Source: Nitrospirota bacterium
Lineage (GTDB): Bacteria; Nitrospirota; Thermodesulfovibrionia; Thermodesulfovibrionales; UBA6898
Direction of reading: 5' to 3'
Length of the DNA: 64,000 nucleotides
NCBI GenBank assembly: GCA_021814475.1
Contig: JAKAIE010000004.1
Location: forward strand, 3,283 to 67,282
Below are positions 28,638-38,162 of the stretch, one piece after another. The stretch's first letter is position 1, and every line of letters begins with the position of its first letter. The notes under the pieces are model-generated. The model saw nothing but the letters and a program-made list of their open reading frames with translations. It was not told the DNA's origin and did not search any database. A program made the translations under genes and the position numbers.

Positions 28638-29405
28638 TCACCCGTTTTTCCGGTTGAGTTCCTGAAGCTTGGCATATTTGTAGAACGTGGTAACGGCCCC
28701 TGTGAGGGAAATGAAAAACCCCTCCTTCCCGTCAAGGACCCCGAGCTTCAGGAAGTACGACTTTGTAAACGAACCGAACCCGTGCAGGAAGGCATCCAGC
28801 CCGGAGGAGTTCCTGCCGGCCCTGAACAGCTCTTCTGCCCCCAGTGATGAATAGGTGTTGATCTTTTCGATGACCGCGGAAATATTCCGCATCGGGTAGT
28901 GGATGATCGGGCCGGACAGTCTCATGGTGACTCCCTTTACTTCAACGTACTCATGCACAGCCCTTGCGCTGACACTGCCTTTCCCTCTTCTGAAAAGGCG
29001 GACGATTTCGTCCGGCCACCACCCGCAATGTTTTATCCACCTGCCGTTGAAATAGGCCTTTCTCGGGAGACTGTACGCGTCGGCGGGCGCATTGCCGCCG
29101 ATGGCCTTTATGATGGCCTCCCTCGTCTCCTCGGGGATCCTCTCGTCGGCGTCCAGTATCAGCACCCAGTCATGCCGGCACTTCTCCACAGCGCTCGTCT
29201 TCTGGGGCCCGAACCCTTTCCACTCCTCACTATATACCCTGCAGTTGAATTGCTCCGCGATCTGCACGGTCCGGTCGGTGCTTCCGGAGTCGACTACGAC
29301 TATATCATCCGCAAACATGACGCTTTCCAGGCAGTCAGTCAGCATCTTTTCCTCGTTCCTGGTGATGATCGCCACGGAAAGAGGGATCTTCCGGGAGATC
29401 ATCAT
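28638..29405 (-). CDS. Glycosyltransferase family 2 (LPS core-type)
   Basis: LSVAIITRNEEKML...VVVDSGSTDRT...VLILDADERIPEE. Confidence 0.85.
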   Translation of the reverse strand: MMISRKIPLSVAIITRNEEKMLTDCLESVMFADDIVVVDSGSTDRTVQIAEQFNCRVYSEEWKGFGPQKTSAVEKCRHDWVLILDADERIPEETREAIIKAIGGNAPADAYSLPRKAYFNGRWIKHCGWWPDEIVRLFRRGKGSVSARAVHEYVEVKGVTMRLSGPIIHYPMRNISAVIEKINTYSSLGAEELFRAGRNSSGLDAFLHGFGSFTKSYFLKLGVLDGKEGFFISLTGAVTTFYKYAKLQELNRKNG

Positions 29406-30556
29406 GCGCGTGTCCCGGAGATGGCCAGGATGAGATCGTTCATCAGGTTGCCCTGAAGCCTGTCGGAGTAGCGATTGGTGACCGTCTCCAGGCCCCTGGC
29501 CGCAAAGGATCTCCTCTCTTCCGGGTTTTCGATCAGCCGGATCAGGGCGGTCGTGAGGGACTCGGGATCACCGGGGCGGACGAGCAGCCCGTCGACCTCA
29601 TGGGTGATCAGTTCGGCAAGCCCGCCGGAATTGGAGGCGATGACCGGCCTGCCCATTGCCATCGCCTCGGCGGCGGCGAAGCCGAAGGCCTCTTCACAGA
29701 TCGACGGCATGACGAAAATATCCATCGCCGCGTACATCCTGTAGACAGGATCGATCCTGCCTGTAAAACGGACGCGGTCTTCCAGGTGCATGCCCGCGGC
29801 GGCGCGGAGCATGGTCTGCCGTTCCCGGCCGTCTCCGACGATCAGGAGTCTGGCTTGGGGGTAGTGGCGGGCGATCCTTCCGAATGCGGCGATCAGGCAA
29901 TCGAGCCCCTTTTCAGGGTGCAGACGGCCGGCAAAGCCGATCACCAGATCTCCCGGGAGATATCCTGTTTCTGCCCTGGTGCTCTCGCGCTCTTTGAGCG
30001 CCTCCCTGATCCTTTCGACCGGCACTCCGTTATAGACCTCCCTGATGATATTTTCCCTGATCCCGCTTAGTTCAAGCTCGCGCCTGACCGAACGGGAGAC
30101 CGCGATCACGCAATCGGCGGAAGAATTGATGAGCGTCCTTGTCGCAAGGGAAATCCGGCGGGTGAGGTGTCTGACGAGGATGACCTTTCTGCCGGTCAGC
30201 CTGGATGCGATGACGGCAGGCCAGTATTCCTTCGGGCTGTTAGCGATGACCAGATCGATGCGGTCGCGCCTGATAATGCCTACAAGCGATGCGATCGAAA
30301 CAAGGTCGATGGCGGACCGCACTCTCACCTGCCGGGAAGGCAGTTTTTTCATAATGCGCGTCAGACTGACCGTTCCCGATTGCCAGCATCCGATAATGAT
30401 GTCGTGTCCCCTGTCGGAGAGCTGACCCGCCAGTTGCTCTGCATATGTTTCGCCTCCCCCCAGCAGTGATTCAGGTCTCCCCATGTAACTGCTGATAATG
30501 AGCACGCGTCTGTGGCTGTCCTCCGGGGAACCGGCGTTGCGGGGCGTGCGCGCCAT
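29402..30556 (-). CDS. Glycosyltransferase family 4 (GT-B)
   Basis: EAFGFAAAEAMAMGRPVIASNSGGLAELI (E-x7-E region). Confidence 0.85.
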   Translation of the reverse strand: MARTPRNAGSPEDSHRRVLIISSYMGRPESLLGGGETYAEQLAGQLSDRGHDIIIGCWQSGTVSLTRIMKKLPSRQVRVRSAIDLVSIASLVGIIRRDRIDLVIANSPKEYWPAVIASRLTGRKVILVRHLTRRISLATRTLINSSADCVIAVSRSVRRELELSGIRENIIREVYNGVPVERIREALKERESTRAETGYLPGDLVIGFAGRLHPEKGLDCLIAAFGRIARHYPQARLLIVGDGRERQTMLRAAAGMHLEDRVRFTGRIDPVYRMYAAMDIFVMPSICEEAFGFAAAEAMAMGRPVIASNSGGLAELITHEVDGLLVRPGDPESLTTALIRLIENPEERRSFAARGLETVTNRYSDRLQGNLMNDLILAISGTRA

Positions 30557-31824
30557 CAGACCTTCTCGTCCGGCGCGTCCCTGGCAAGCAGGGCGACTGC
30601 GATAAGGAATGCTATGCAGAGAAAACTCAGAGGCCTCCTCAGGCTCTCGTCGAAGACCCCTCCCATAAAGAGGTTAATGAGGGCATAGCCTGTTCCCTGG
30701 TTGAGGGCCCACGATGTCGTCCCCTGGCCTCCCGGAGTTTTCCGCAGCAGCAGTACGGCAACGGACAGCCAGAAGGTGAGAAACAGCGCCAGCCCGACAA
30801 GACCCGTCTCCGAAGCGACGGTGAGATAGACGTTATGGGCATGCGCGTAAAGCGCCTCGCTGAAGTTCCAGTCTTTCCTGTAGGGGGTGCTGTACGCTCC
30901 CGCGGTATGTTCCCACTCGCGCTGGCCGACCCCGATGACCGGGTGATCGGTGATGATGTCAGCCGCGATGCGCATGAGATACAGCCTCTCGACGTTGCTC
31001 GGGTTCTTATGCACGTCGAAGATGCTGGCTGCACGGGACCGGACCGGCGGGAACAGCGCAAAAACGATAGCGATCACGGCTGCCATTGCGGTAGCGCCGA
31101 GCACCGCAGTCCGGAGGCTCTTCCTCGTGAAGACAAGCACCAAAGACCCCAGAAGAGACAGAAAATAGGTCCTCGCGAAGGTCATTACCGTTCCTGCGAA
31201 CATGAAGGCCGCCGAGATGCCGAGCATTATTCTGCGCGTCCTGGAGGTCCTCCAGTAGAGGGCGAGAAATGAAAAAAAGACGGCAAGCGTGCTGAAGGTG
31301 CAGCCCGCCTGGATGTAATACCGGAAAAAGCCATACAGTTTGCCGTCCCGCAGGGGCTGTTTCGGAAGGGGGTAGGTCAGGCCGGTGACATGCTGCAGGA
31401 TACCCAGCAGCACCACGAGCGAGGAGGCTGCGGACACGACGAGCACAGCTTTGACCGCGGCCTCCTTTTTTTTCCCGGGATCAAATGTGAGACCGAAGAG
31501 CAGCAGGGAGCTGAAGAGTACCGGCGCATCGTCGAAGGGTGCGAAAGTCGGCTGCTTGCCGTTCAGGACGCGGGAGAGGATCTCCCAGACGACAAAGGCG
31601 GCGAGGCTGAGGAGAGGCACCCTCAGCCGGGAGAAGGTTGCCGCTACCCCTCCCGTGCGTCGCCAGATGATGATGGCGAAGAGGGCCAGTCCGGCGACCG
31701 CAAAGTATGCGGCGCTGTGCGAAAGAAGTATCGTGATCGCATAGAGGATGGCCAACCCCGAGAGCACAGTCCCGGCAATCCGCTCGTGCTGTATCCCTTT
31801 GGGGAGATTCCTGACATCCCCCAT
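30556..31824 (-). CDS. O-antigen ligase / Wzy_C-family membrane protein
   Basis: Polytopic. AHAHNVYLTVASETGLVGLALF matches the Wzy_C/WaaL signature region. Confidence 0.8.
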   Translation of the reverse strand: MGDVRNLPKGIQHERIAGTVLSGLAILYAITILLSHSAAYFAVAGLALFAIIIWRRTGGVAATFSRLRVPLLSLAAFVVWEILSRVLNGKQPTFAPFDDAPVLFSSLLLFGLTFDPGKKKEAAVKAVLVVSAASSLVVLLGILQHVTGLTYPLPKQPLRDGKLYGFFRYYIQAGCTFSTLAVFFSFLALYWRTSRTRRIMLGISAAFMFAGTVMTFARTYFLSLLGSLVLVFTRKSLRTAVLGATAMAAVIAIVFALFPPVRSRAASIFDVHKNPSNVERLYLMRIAADIITDHPVIGVGQREWEHTAGAYSTPYRKDWNFSEALYAHAHNVYLTVASETGLVGLALFLTFWLSVAVLLLRKTPGGQGTTSWALNQGTGYALINLFMGGVFDESLRRPLSFLCIAFLIAVALLARDAPDEKV

Positions 31825-32597
31825 CAGTAGTGTCCGCCGGTGAGGGTTGCGGTGACCGACCCTATCTTTACCTTTGCGCTCATCCTGACGGGCACCTTTT
31901 TATCGTCATCTGTCAGCCAGATCAGCATCTCCCCCTTCCGGTAGAAGATGCCCTCGGACTTCATGATCGGCTTAATCACCAGGGTATCGACCTCGCCGTA
32001 AGGCCCTTTGATGCGCTCCTTCCGGAGAACCTTGACCTCGGCGTCATAGATCTTCTTGCTGTCGAAGATTCTGATATAGACCGATTCGCCGACCTCAAGA
32101 CGCATGCCCCTGACCTGATAGAAACTCGACAGGGGGTCAAAGACGACCGAGGGGAGGTCGAACTCCTTCCGTTCGTCCGCGAGATGGTCGATATAGACCG
32201 CCCTGGACCTGGCGTGATCGAAGATGACCTCCTTCTGTTTCCGGTGCCTGCCTTCGCTCAGGTTCAGTGTGTAGGTGAGCGGAGACCCCAGCGTGTTCGG
32301 CTTTGGCCCCGCTCCTATTCTGGTTTCCACACGGTCGTTGACCCGGTAGAAGAACGACACCCACTTGGCAGACTGTGTCGTGACCGTGATCGTGAACGTA
32401 TTGTCCTTGCGGTCAAGGTTTATGACCGACTCTCCCGCCTTTATGCCGGCCCAGGAGATGTCATAGTTCAGGGTTTCGGGTACCTGGAAGGCGGGGGCTG
32501 CCGCCGGGCCGGTGAGAATGGCTGCCACCAGGAGAACGGCCAGAAAGAAGGGCGCGGCTGCTGCAGTCAGTCTTTTACCGTGTTTAATCTCGGCCAT
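31824..32597 (-). CDS. DUF3108-like secreted protein
   Basis: Signal peptide. The LNYDISWAGIKAGESVINL start and beta-rich remainder are typical of DUF3108. Confidence 0.6.
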   Translation of the reverse strand: MAEIKHGKRLTAAAAPFFLAVLLVAAILTGPAAAPAFQVPETLNYDISWAGIKAGESVINLDRKDNTFTITVTTQSAKWVSFFYRVNDRVETRIGAGPKPNTLGSPLTYTLNLSEGRHRKQKEVIFDHARSRAVYIDHLADERKEFDLPSVVFDPLSSFYQVRGMRLEVGESVYIRIFDSKKIYDAEVKVLRKERIKGPYGEVDTLVIKPIMKSEGIFYRKGEMLIWLTDDDKKVPVRMSAKVKIGSVTATLTGGHY

Positions 32598-32636
32598 GGT
32601 TGTCAGTTTTATTGTAATGGAAAGGGCTGCAAAAGG

Positions 32637-34361
32637 TCATGACTCCTGACTGCTGAACTGCAGCTGATAGAGGTTCCGGTATATGCCCCTGCGCGCGAGG
32701 AGTTCATTGTGCGTTCCGCTCTCCGCGATTCTGCCCTTGTCCATGACGATAATGCGGCTGGCCTTCTTGATAGTCGAGAGCCTGTGGGCGATTACAAAGG
32801 TGGTCCTGTTGGACATCAGGTTTTCGAGCGCCTTCTGGAGGATCATCTCAGAGGCGGTGTCCAGAGATGATGTGGCCTCGTCGAGGATGAGGACCGGCGG
32901 ATTCGTCAGTATGGCGCGCGCGATTGAAAGCCTCTGCCGCTGGCCGCCGGAGAGCCGGGCGCCCTTTTCCCCTATCATCGTCTCATACCCCTGGGGAAGT
33001 TCCATTATAAAGTCGTGGGCGTAGGCAGCCTTTGCCGCTTCTATCAGCGCATCCCGGCCGGCCTCCGGCCTTCCGTAGGCGATATTGGCTGCAACCGTAT
33101 CGTTGAACAGTATGACCTCCTGGCTGACAATGCCGAAGGTGGAGCGCAGAGACGTGAAAGAGACAGTGGATGTATCCACTCCGTTGATAAGGATTTGGCC
33201 TTCCGTCGGGGTGTAGAAACGGGGCAGGAGATTGACCAGGGTGGACTTTCCACCTCCGCTTCGGCCGACGATTGCAACGATCTCTCCCCGCCGGACGGTC
33301 AGGGAGACCCCGTCGAGCGCCTTATGGTTCGAGGCGGGATAGGTGAAAGAGACATTCCTGAATTCAATATCCCCTGCCGGGCTTCCGAGTGTTCCGGAAC
33401 CGTCCGTCTCCGTCGGTTCGTCCAGAAGGTGCATGATGCGTTCAAACGGAGACCGCGCCTGCTGGAGATTGATATTCACCTTCGAAAGCCGCCGGATCGG
33501 GCTGTACATGAGAAAGATCGCAGTAAGGAACGAGAAAAAATCACCGACGGTGACTGCGTTGGTGATCACAAGCCTGCCGCCGTACCACATCACGAGGGCT
33601 ATCCCGATGCCGCCGACCGCCTCCATCAGCAGCGTGGCTACCTCTCCCACCCGGGTGGCCCTCATATTTTCGCGGTAGAACTCCCGGGTGATCTCCTGAA
33701 ATCGCGCGGACTCCTCCGGCTGCCTGCTGAAGGCCTTCAGTATCTTGATGCCGGTGAAGCTTTCGTTGAGGAACTCGGTGATGTGGGATATCTTTTCCTG
33801 GGAACGACGGCTGATCCGCCTGATGCGTTTCCCGAGTCTGCCGACGGCATAGAACGCGGCGGGTAGGGCGACGAGCGAGATGACGGCCAGGTCCCACCTT
33901 CGCCAGAGGGCCACGGCGATCAGTGCGACCGCGGTCATGCTTTCGATCAGGAGGTCCTTAATTGTGACGCTGACCAGTTCATTGAGGACCGTTATGTCGT
34001 TGACCACCTTCGAGATGAGTTCGCCGCTGGAACTCTTGCCGAAGTATCCGAGCGGCAGGTGAAGGATATGACTGAATGCCCTGTTCCTGAGGTTCATCAC
34101 CATCTTCTGGTTAACGGAACGTATCAGGTACCCGTTGATCATCAGGAAGATCCCCTTGATGAGGAAGATGAAGAAGACCACCAAAGGGATTACCGAGAGG
34201 AGGTAGGTGTCTTTTCTCACGAAGACGTCGTCCATGATCGGCTTCACAAGCCACGCGAGAGAGCCCTCCAGTGCCGAGACGACAACGCTGGCGGCGCCGG
34301 CTGCTGCCACGCGCCTCCAGTAAGGTCGTACGGTCTCGAAGATTTTCCGGTATTCTTCCAA
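32637..34361 (-). CDS. msbA: MsbA-like lipid A/lipid export ABC transporter (permease-ATPase fusion)
   Basis: Six-TM domain followed by Walker A GRSGGGKST, LSGGQRQRLSIARA and LILDEATSSLD. Preferred start is TTG at 34361 (GGAGG 6 nt upstream); the listed ORF extends to a TTG at 34430 with no RBS. Confidence 0.85.
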   Translation of the reverse strand: MEEYRKIFETVRPYWRRVAAAGAASVVVSALEGSLAWLVKPIMDDVFVRKDTYLLSVIPLVVFFIFLIKGIFLMINGYLIRSVNQKMVMNLRNRAFSHILHLPLGYFGKSSSGELISKVVNDITVLNELVSVTIKDLLIESMTAVALIAVALWRRWDLAVISLVALPAAFYAVGRLGKRIRRISRRSQEKISHITEFLNESFTGIKILKAFSRQPEESARFQEITREFYRENMRATRVGEVATLLMEAVGGIGIALVMWYGGRLVITNAVTVGDFFSFLTAIFLMYSPIRRLSKVNINLQQARSPFERIMHLLDEPTETDGSGTLGSPAGDIEFRNVSFTYPASNHKALDGVSLTVRRGEIVAIVGRSGGGKSTLVNLLPRFYTPTEGQILINGVDTSTVSFTSLRSTFGIVSQEVILFNDTVAANIAYGRPEAGRDALIEAAKAAYAHDFIMELPQGYETMIGEKGARLSGGQRQRLSIARAILTNPPVLILDEATSSLDTASEMILQKALENLMSNRTTFVIAHRLSTIKKASRIIVMDKGRIAESGTHNELLARRGIYRNLYQLQFSSQES

Positions 34362-34477
34362 AAAAGGCCTCCGTAGTGAAAAGTTGCCGTTTCTAGCCGG
34401 CCAGCGGCTGTGCGCGGCATTTACCGGCAATCATTATAATGCACGGGGATGGATAAGATAAAGCACGGCAGGAGAAC

Positions 34478-35005
34478 TCAGGGGCGCGCCGCGTAATGGG
34501 CGGCCAGTTGAACTGCGTCCCAGGGCCTGCAGTCTCCTTCGGAGTAGCCGAGCAGTCCGGCATAGCGGTATATAGCATCTACGGACGGCCCTTCGATCTC
34601 GAGAAACTCGGGGATGAAGGAGTAGGCGTCCTGGTAGCGGTCGAACTCGAAGTGCAGCCCGGCAAGCTGGTAGGAGGTGCGGTGTTTTTTCATCTCGAGC
34701 CAGATTGAAAACCCGAGGGCTTCGAGGATCGCACGCATGCCGTGGAAGTCCGAAACCGTCACCTCCTGCTCTTCCCGTACCTTTGCACGGTCGTCACAGA
34801 TATCGTGCTTGACTGTCAGTAGGGTCCCGGCGCCCTCTCTCCGCAGCCTGAGGGTGGTGTGCCGCTCCTTCAGGTACTGTCCCGGCATATCGTAATAGAG
34901 CGCATGGATCTCGTCGTCGAAAATCATGACCGCGCCGAGCGAGAGAAGCGTCGACACTGCCCGCTCCCGGTCTATCTCCAGTATCTTGAGTTCGATTTCG
35001 CGCAT
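34478..35005 (-). CDS. CYTH-domain protein (class IV adenylate cyclase / triphosphate tunnel metalloenzyme family)
   Basis: N-terminal E-x-E-x-K (MREIELKILE); 175 aa, typical CyaB/CYTH size. Confidence 0.75.
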   Translation of the reverse strand: MREIELKILEIDRERAVSTLLSLGAVMIFDDEIHALYYDMPGQYLKERHTTLRLRREGAGTLLTVKHDICDDRAKVREEQEVTVSDFHGMRAILEALGFSIWLEMKKHRTSYQLAGLHFEFDRYQDAYSFIPEFLEIEGPSVDAIYRYAGLLGYSEGDCRPWDAVQLAAHYAARP

Positions 35006-35181
35006 CTTCCATTATACCAGTTCGTGCATATCCCGCATCTTGAGTCCGATTTATACCGGATGCCCTGAGGGCGAACAAGGGGAAGTGTATGCTCACCCCG
35101 ATGCAGGGGGAACAGTCCGTTTCAGGAGAACCGGAAAAGACCTGCATGCCGTATTCACGGGGATTTCCGGGCTTTTTGGGC

Positions 35182-35210
35182 TTGACAAATAGAGAAGTTC
35201 TTGATACTGT
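35182..35210 (+). promoter_or_regulatory. Putative sigma70 promoter for the HU gene
   Basis: TTGACA (35182..35187), 17 nt spacer, TACTGT (35205..35210). Confidence 0.5.
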
Positions 35211-35255
35211 TATCACAGCTTATTTCACAATACAAGAACGAAAGGGGGGAAGATA

Positions 35256-35531
35256 ATGACGAAGATGGAACTCATTGACAAGATTGCTGCGGGTGCCGGC
35301 CTCAGCAAGGCCGATGCGGGAAGGTCTCTTGATGCGACGCTGGATTCGATCAAGGCTGCCTTGAAGAAAGGGCAGAAGGTTACGATAGTCGGGTTCGGAA
35401 CTTTTGCGGTGACGAAGAGAAAGGCCAGAAAAGGGCGCAATCCGAGAACCGGGCAGGTAATCAGCATCCCGGCTGCCAAGACACCCAAGTTTACTGCCGG
35501 AAAGACGCTGAAAGACGCCGTAAAAAAATAA
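35256..35531 (+). CDS. hup: HU-family DNA-binding protein
   Basis: [11 protein letters not shown]...[44 protein letters not shown]. Confidence 0.93.
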   Translation: MTKMELIDKIAAGAGLSKADAGRSLDATLDSIKAALKKGQKVTIVGFGTFAVTKRKARKGRNPRTGQVISIPAAKTPKFTAGKTLKDAVKK

Positions 35532-35562
35532 AATTCCGTTCAGGGACATATGCATTCAGAAT

Positions 35563-35597
35563 AAAGGGGCTGCCTGCTGGCCGCCCCTTTATTTTTT
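35563..35597 (+). terminator. Intrinsic terminator after the HU gene
   Basis: AAAGGGGC-tgcctgctggcc-GCCCCTTT followed by ATTTTTT. Confidence 0.8.
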
Positions 35598-35621
35598 GTC
35601 CGCGGTCTGATATCCTGATGT

Positions 35622-36494
35622 ATGACTGAAGGCAATGTTATCGTCTGCGGCATCGACCTCGGACCTTCCTCGGAAGAGGTTATCGCGTACGCCGCACTGT
35701 TTGCTTCCTCTTCAGGCGTACCGGTCAGGCTTCTCTATGTCATAGACTATCTTCTGACTCCGCCTTCCTACCTGGCCGCGTATATCGACGAGGAGAAGAA
35801 GAAGGAAGAGGCGGAGATGGTCCGCTGGAAGGAGAGGCTTGTGGAGTCGGGCATCAACGCCGAGTCCCGGATCATGATGGGGCGGCTCCACGAATCATTC
35901 AGTTCCGTACTTTCCGAAGCTCCGGTGGAACTCTTGGTCATCGGCTATAAGTCACATCTCTTCCGTCCGAGCAGTTCAGAGCGCCTGATCATGTCCCAGC
36001 GCGTTCCGATGCTCGTAGTCAGGCCGAAGTCAGGCGATGCGCCGAAGATAGGGGCGGTGAAGATCCGCAGGATCGTCTGCCCTGTCGATTTTTCCGAGAA
36101 CTCCCGTAAGGCGGCCTCTATGGCCCAACAGTACTCTGCCACTTTTTCGGCCGAACTGGACCTGGTCCATGTCATCCCTTCGCACCTCATCAAGAAGAAA
36201 TGGATGGTCTGGTCCGACATGGATGCGTCTGACAGGGACCGCTTCGATGAACTGATGGTCTCGGAGGCGGCGGCCACGATGTCCTCTTTCTGCAGGGGGC
36301 TCGGTATCGAAAAGACGGGCGAGATAACCCACGGCAACCCGGGAGAGGCAATACCGGCACTTTCGGCCGCGAGGGATACGGACCTGATCGTGATCGGTGC
36401 CCGCGGCCTGTCCTATCTGCAGAGCATGCTGATCGGCAGCACCACCGAACAGGTGCTGAAGTCGTCGGTCTGTCCCGTCCTGATAGTACACTGA
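35622..36494 (+). CDS. Tandem universal stress protein (2x UspA domains)
   Basis: Two Usp-like halves. The C-terminal half ends DLIVIGARGLSYLQSMLIGSTTEQVLKSSVCPVLIV (ATP-binding G-x2-G-x9-G-S/T). Confidence 0.8.
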   Translation: MTEGNVIVCGIDLGPSSEEVIAYAALFASSSGVPVRLLYVIDYLLTPPSYLAAYIDEEKKKEEAEMVRWKERLVESGINAESRIMMGRLHESFSSVLSEAPVELLVIGYKSHLFRPSSSERLIMSQRVPMLVVRPKSGDAPKIGAVKIRRIVCPVDFSENSRKAASMAQQYSATFSAELDLVHVIPSHLIKKKWMVWSDMDASDRDRFDELMVSEAAATMSSFCRGLGIEKTGEITHGNPGEAIPALSAARDTDLIVIGARGLSYLQSMLIGSTTEQVLKSSVCPVLIVH

Positions 36495-37513
36495 TGTTTA
36501 TCCAGGCGGCAGCACTCCTTTTCGGGCTCGTCCTCATCCTGATCGCGGCTGAGTTTTTCACGAACGGCATCGAGGCCTTCGGTCGCCACTTTTCCTTTTC
36601 TCAGGCGGTTGTCGGCAGTATCTTTGCCGCGGTCGGTACAGCCTTGCCCGAGACGATCCTTCCGGTGGTGGCAATCTTCCTCTCCGGCGGAGAGTCTGCG
36701 AAGGAGATCGGTGTCGGCGCCATACTCGGGGCCCCTTTTATGCTTGCGACTCTCGCCTTTTTTCTTATGGGCGTGACGATATCCGTGTCAGCGATGCTGA
36801 AAAGGCGTCCCTTCACCCTGAACGTCGAGGTCCTGTCGGTCAGACGGGACATCGTCTTTTTCCTTGTCATGTATTCAGCCGCCATTGTGCTTCCTCAAGT
36901 TGCCGGGCATGCCTCACAGGCGCCGATAGCCGTCCTGCTGGTCATCGGTTATTTATTTTATGCCTGGATGACCTTCAGGGGAGAAAGCGCGGAAATGGAA
37001 GAGTCGGAGCATATGTACCTCTGGAAGATCATCAGGAAAATCAGGGGTGCTGCCGTCGCGGAACACCCGTCGTTGTCCGTCATTGTCCTGCAGGTCATCG
37101 TCTCCCTGGGGGTGATGGTCGAGGGCGCGCACACCTTTGTGAAAAGTCTTGAATATATCTCGCACCGGTTCGGCATGGATCCGATGCTCTTTGCCCTGTT
37201 GCTCGCGCCGGTGGCGACCGAACTCCCCGAGAAATTCAACAGCGTAACGTGGACATGGAAGGGCCGTGATACCCTTGCTATGGGAAATATTACCGGCGCC
37301 ATGGTTTTTCAGGCTACGTTTCCGGTTTCCGTCGGTCTCCTGTATACGGACTGGAAGCTCACCGGCATGGCCCTCTTTTCTGCTGCGCTTGCCATGGCAT
37401 CGACGCTGATCGTGATGGGATCGATACTCCTGTGGAAACGGGTCCATCCCGTTGCGATGCTGATGGGAGGAGGGCTTTATCTGGTCTATGCCGCAGTGCT
37501 GATCCTGAGGTAA
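36494..37513 (+). CDS. Ca2+/cation antiporter (CaCA, YrbG-like)
   Basis: Two alpha-repeats (GTALPETILPVVA; GNITGAMVFQATF) in a roughly 10-TM protein. The start overlaps the usp stop by 1 nt. Confidence 0.8.
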   Translation: MFIQAAALLFGLVLILIAAEFFTNGIEAFGRHFSFSQAVVGSIFAAVGTALPETILPVVAIFLSGGESAKEIGVGAILGAPFMLATLAFFLMGVTISVSAMLKRRPFTLNVEVLSVRRDIVFFLVMYSAAIVLPQVAGHASQAPIAVLLVIGYLFYAWMTFRGESAEMEESEHMYLWKIIRKIRGAAVAEHPSLSVIVLQVIVSLGVMVEGAHTFVKSLEYISHRFGMDPMLFALLLAPVATELPEKFNSVTWTWKGRDTLAMGNITGAMVFQATFPVSVGLLYTDWKLTGMALFSAALAMASTLIVMGSILLWKRVHPVAMLMGGGLYLVYAAVLILR

Positions 37514-37558
37514 AGCACTCCTCTGGCCGGAAGGGACAGCAGGGGGGATAAGTTACGG

Positions 37559-37843
37559 CTATTTCCTGAACAGGTCCTCAAAGGCCTTTCTCGCCGCATC
37601 CGTCCCGGCAGAGGGAGGTTGAGGACCTCCTTCGCTGAAGGAATAGTAATCGCAGAAATTTGCCCGATCCCGGGTGCGCTGGAATTCGGCCTTTGGTTCG
37701 AGGCACTTGTTGTGGGCCTTCTCCGAGTAGAACCTGCAGTTCAGGCAGATATGCAGGTCCGCCCCGCATGCGGGGCAGACCGCTTTCCTCGAAAAAAATG
37801 TATCAACCTCGATCTCTTTTTTGCACAGGGCGCAGCTCTTCAC
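37559..37843 (-). CDS. Cys-rich zinc-ribbon protein (94 aa)
   Basis: CALC-x15-CPAC-x6-CLNC plus NKC and FCDY. Coding-like composition. No family name recognised. Confidence 0.55.
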   Translation of the reverse strand: MKSCALCKKEIEVDTFFSRKAVCPACGADLHICLNCRFYSEKAHNKCLEPKAEFQRTRDRANFCDYYSFSEGGPQPPSAGTDAARKAFEDLFRK

Positions 37844-37924
37844 GGTGACTCCCTTCGGCGTTTTCTGTGTCAGACAGATGACCGCATCCTGATATCATTC
37901 TACACGATCGCCCCTATTTTGTAT

Positions 37925-37953
37925 TTGACAGGTCCGGGTGATTCTGATATTGT
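37925..37953 (+). promoter_or_regulatory. Putative sigma70 promoter of the 27-codon micro-gene
   Basis: TTGACA (37925..37930), 17 nt spacer, TATTGT (37948..37953). Confidence 0.55.
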
Positions 37954-37984
37954 GAAAACATAAATCCTGATAAGGAGGAGCGCG

Positions 37985-38068
37985 ATGGCCTGCAAATCAA
38001 AGGGCGGCACGTGCGGCACTGCAAAGAAGACCGCGGCGAAACCCGCCAAAAAGACAGCGAAGAAGTAA
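37985..38068 (+). CDS. Small basic peptide, 27 aa (MACKSKGGTCGTAKKTAAKPAKKTAKK)
   Basis: Not in the ORF track (below the size cut-off). AAGGAGG (37972..37978) lies 6 nt before the ATG. It has its own promoter upstream and terminator downstream. 9 Lys and 2 Cys in 27 residues. Confidence 0.55.
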   Translation: MACKSKGGTCGTAKKTAAKPAKKTAKK

Positions 38069-38094
38069 GCCGGCTTTACTTTCTGCCGTAAAAA

Positions 38095-38118
38095 GGATGG
38101 GGTCTCCCATCCTTTTTT
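38095..38118 (+). terminator. Intrinsic terminator after the micro-gene
   Basis: GGATGGG-gtct-CCCATCC followed by TTTTTT, 26 nt after the stop. Confidence 0.8.
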
Positions 38119-38162
38119 GTGCCGCCAATCTTTCCTGCGCCATGCGACAATAAAGGTAATCC

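Noticed and set aside
34362-34430. 23-codon N-terminal extension of msbA (TTG at 34430).
   Set aside because: It has no RBS, whereas the TTG at 34361 has GGAGG at 6-nt spacing and gives a typical MsbA N-terminus.
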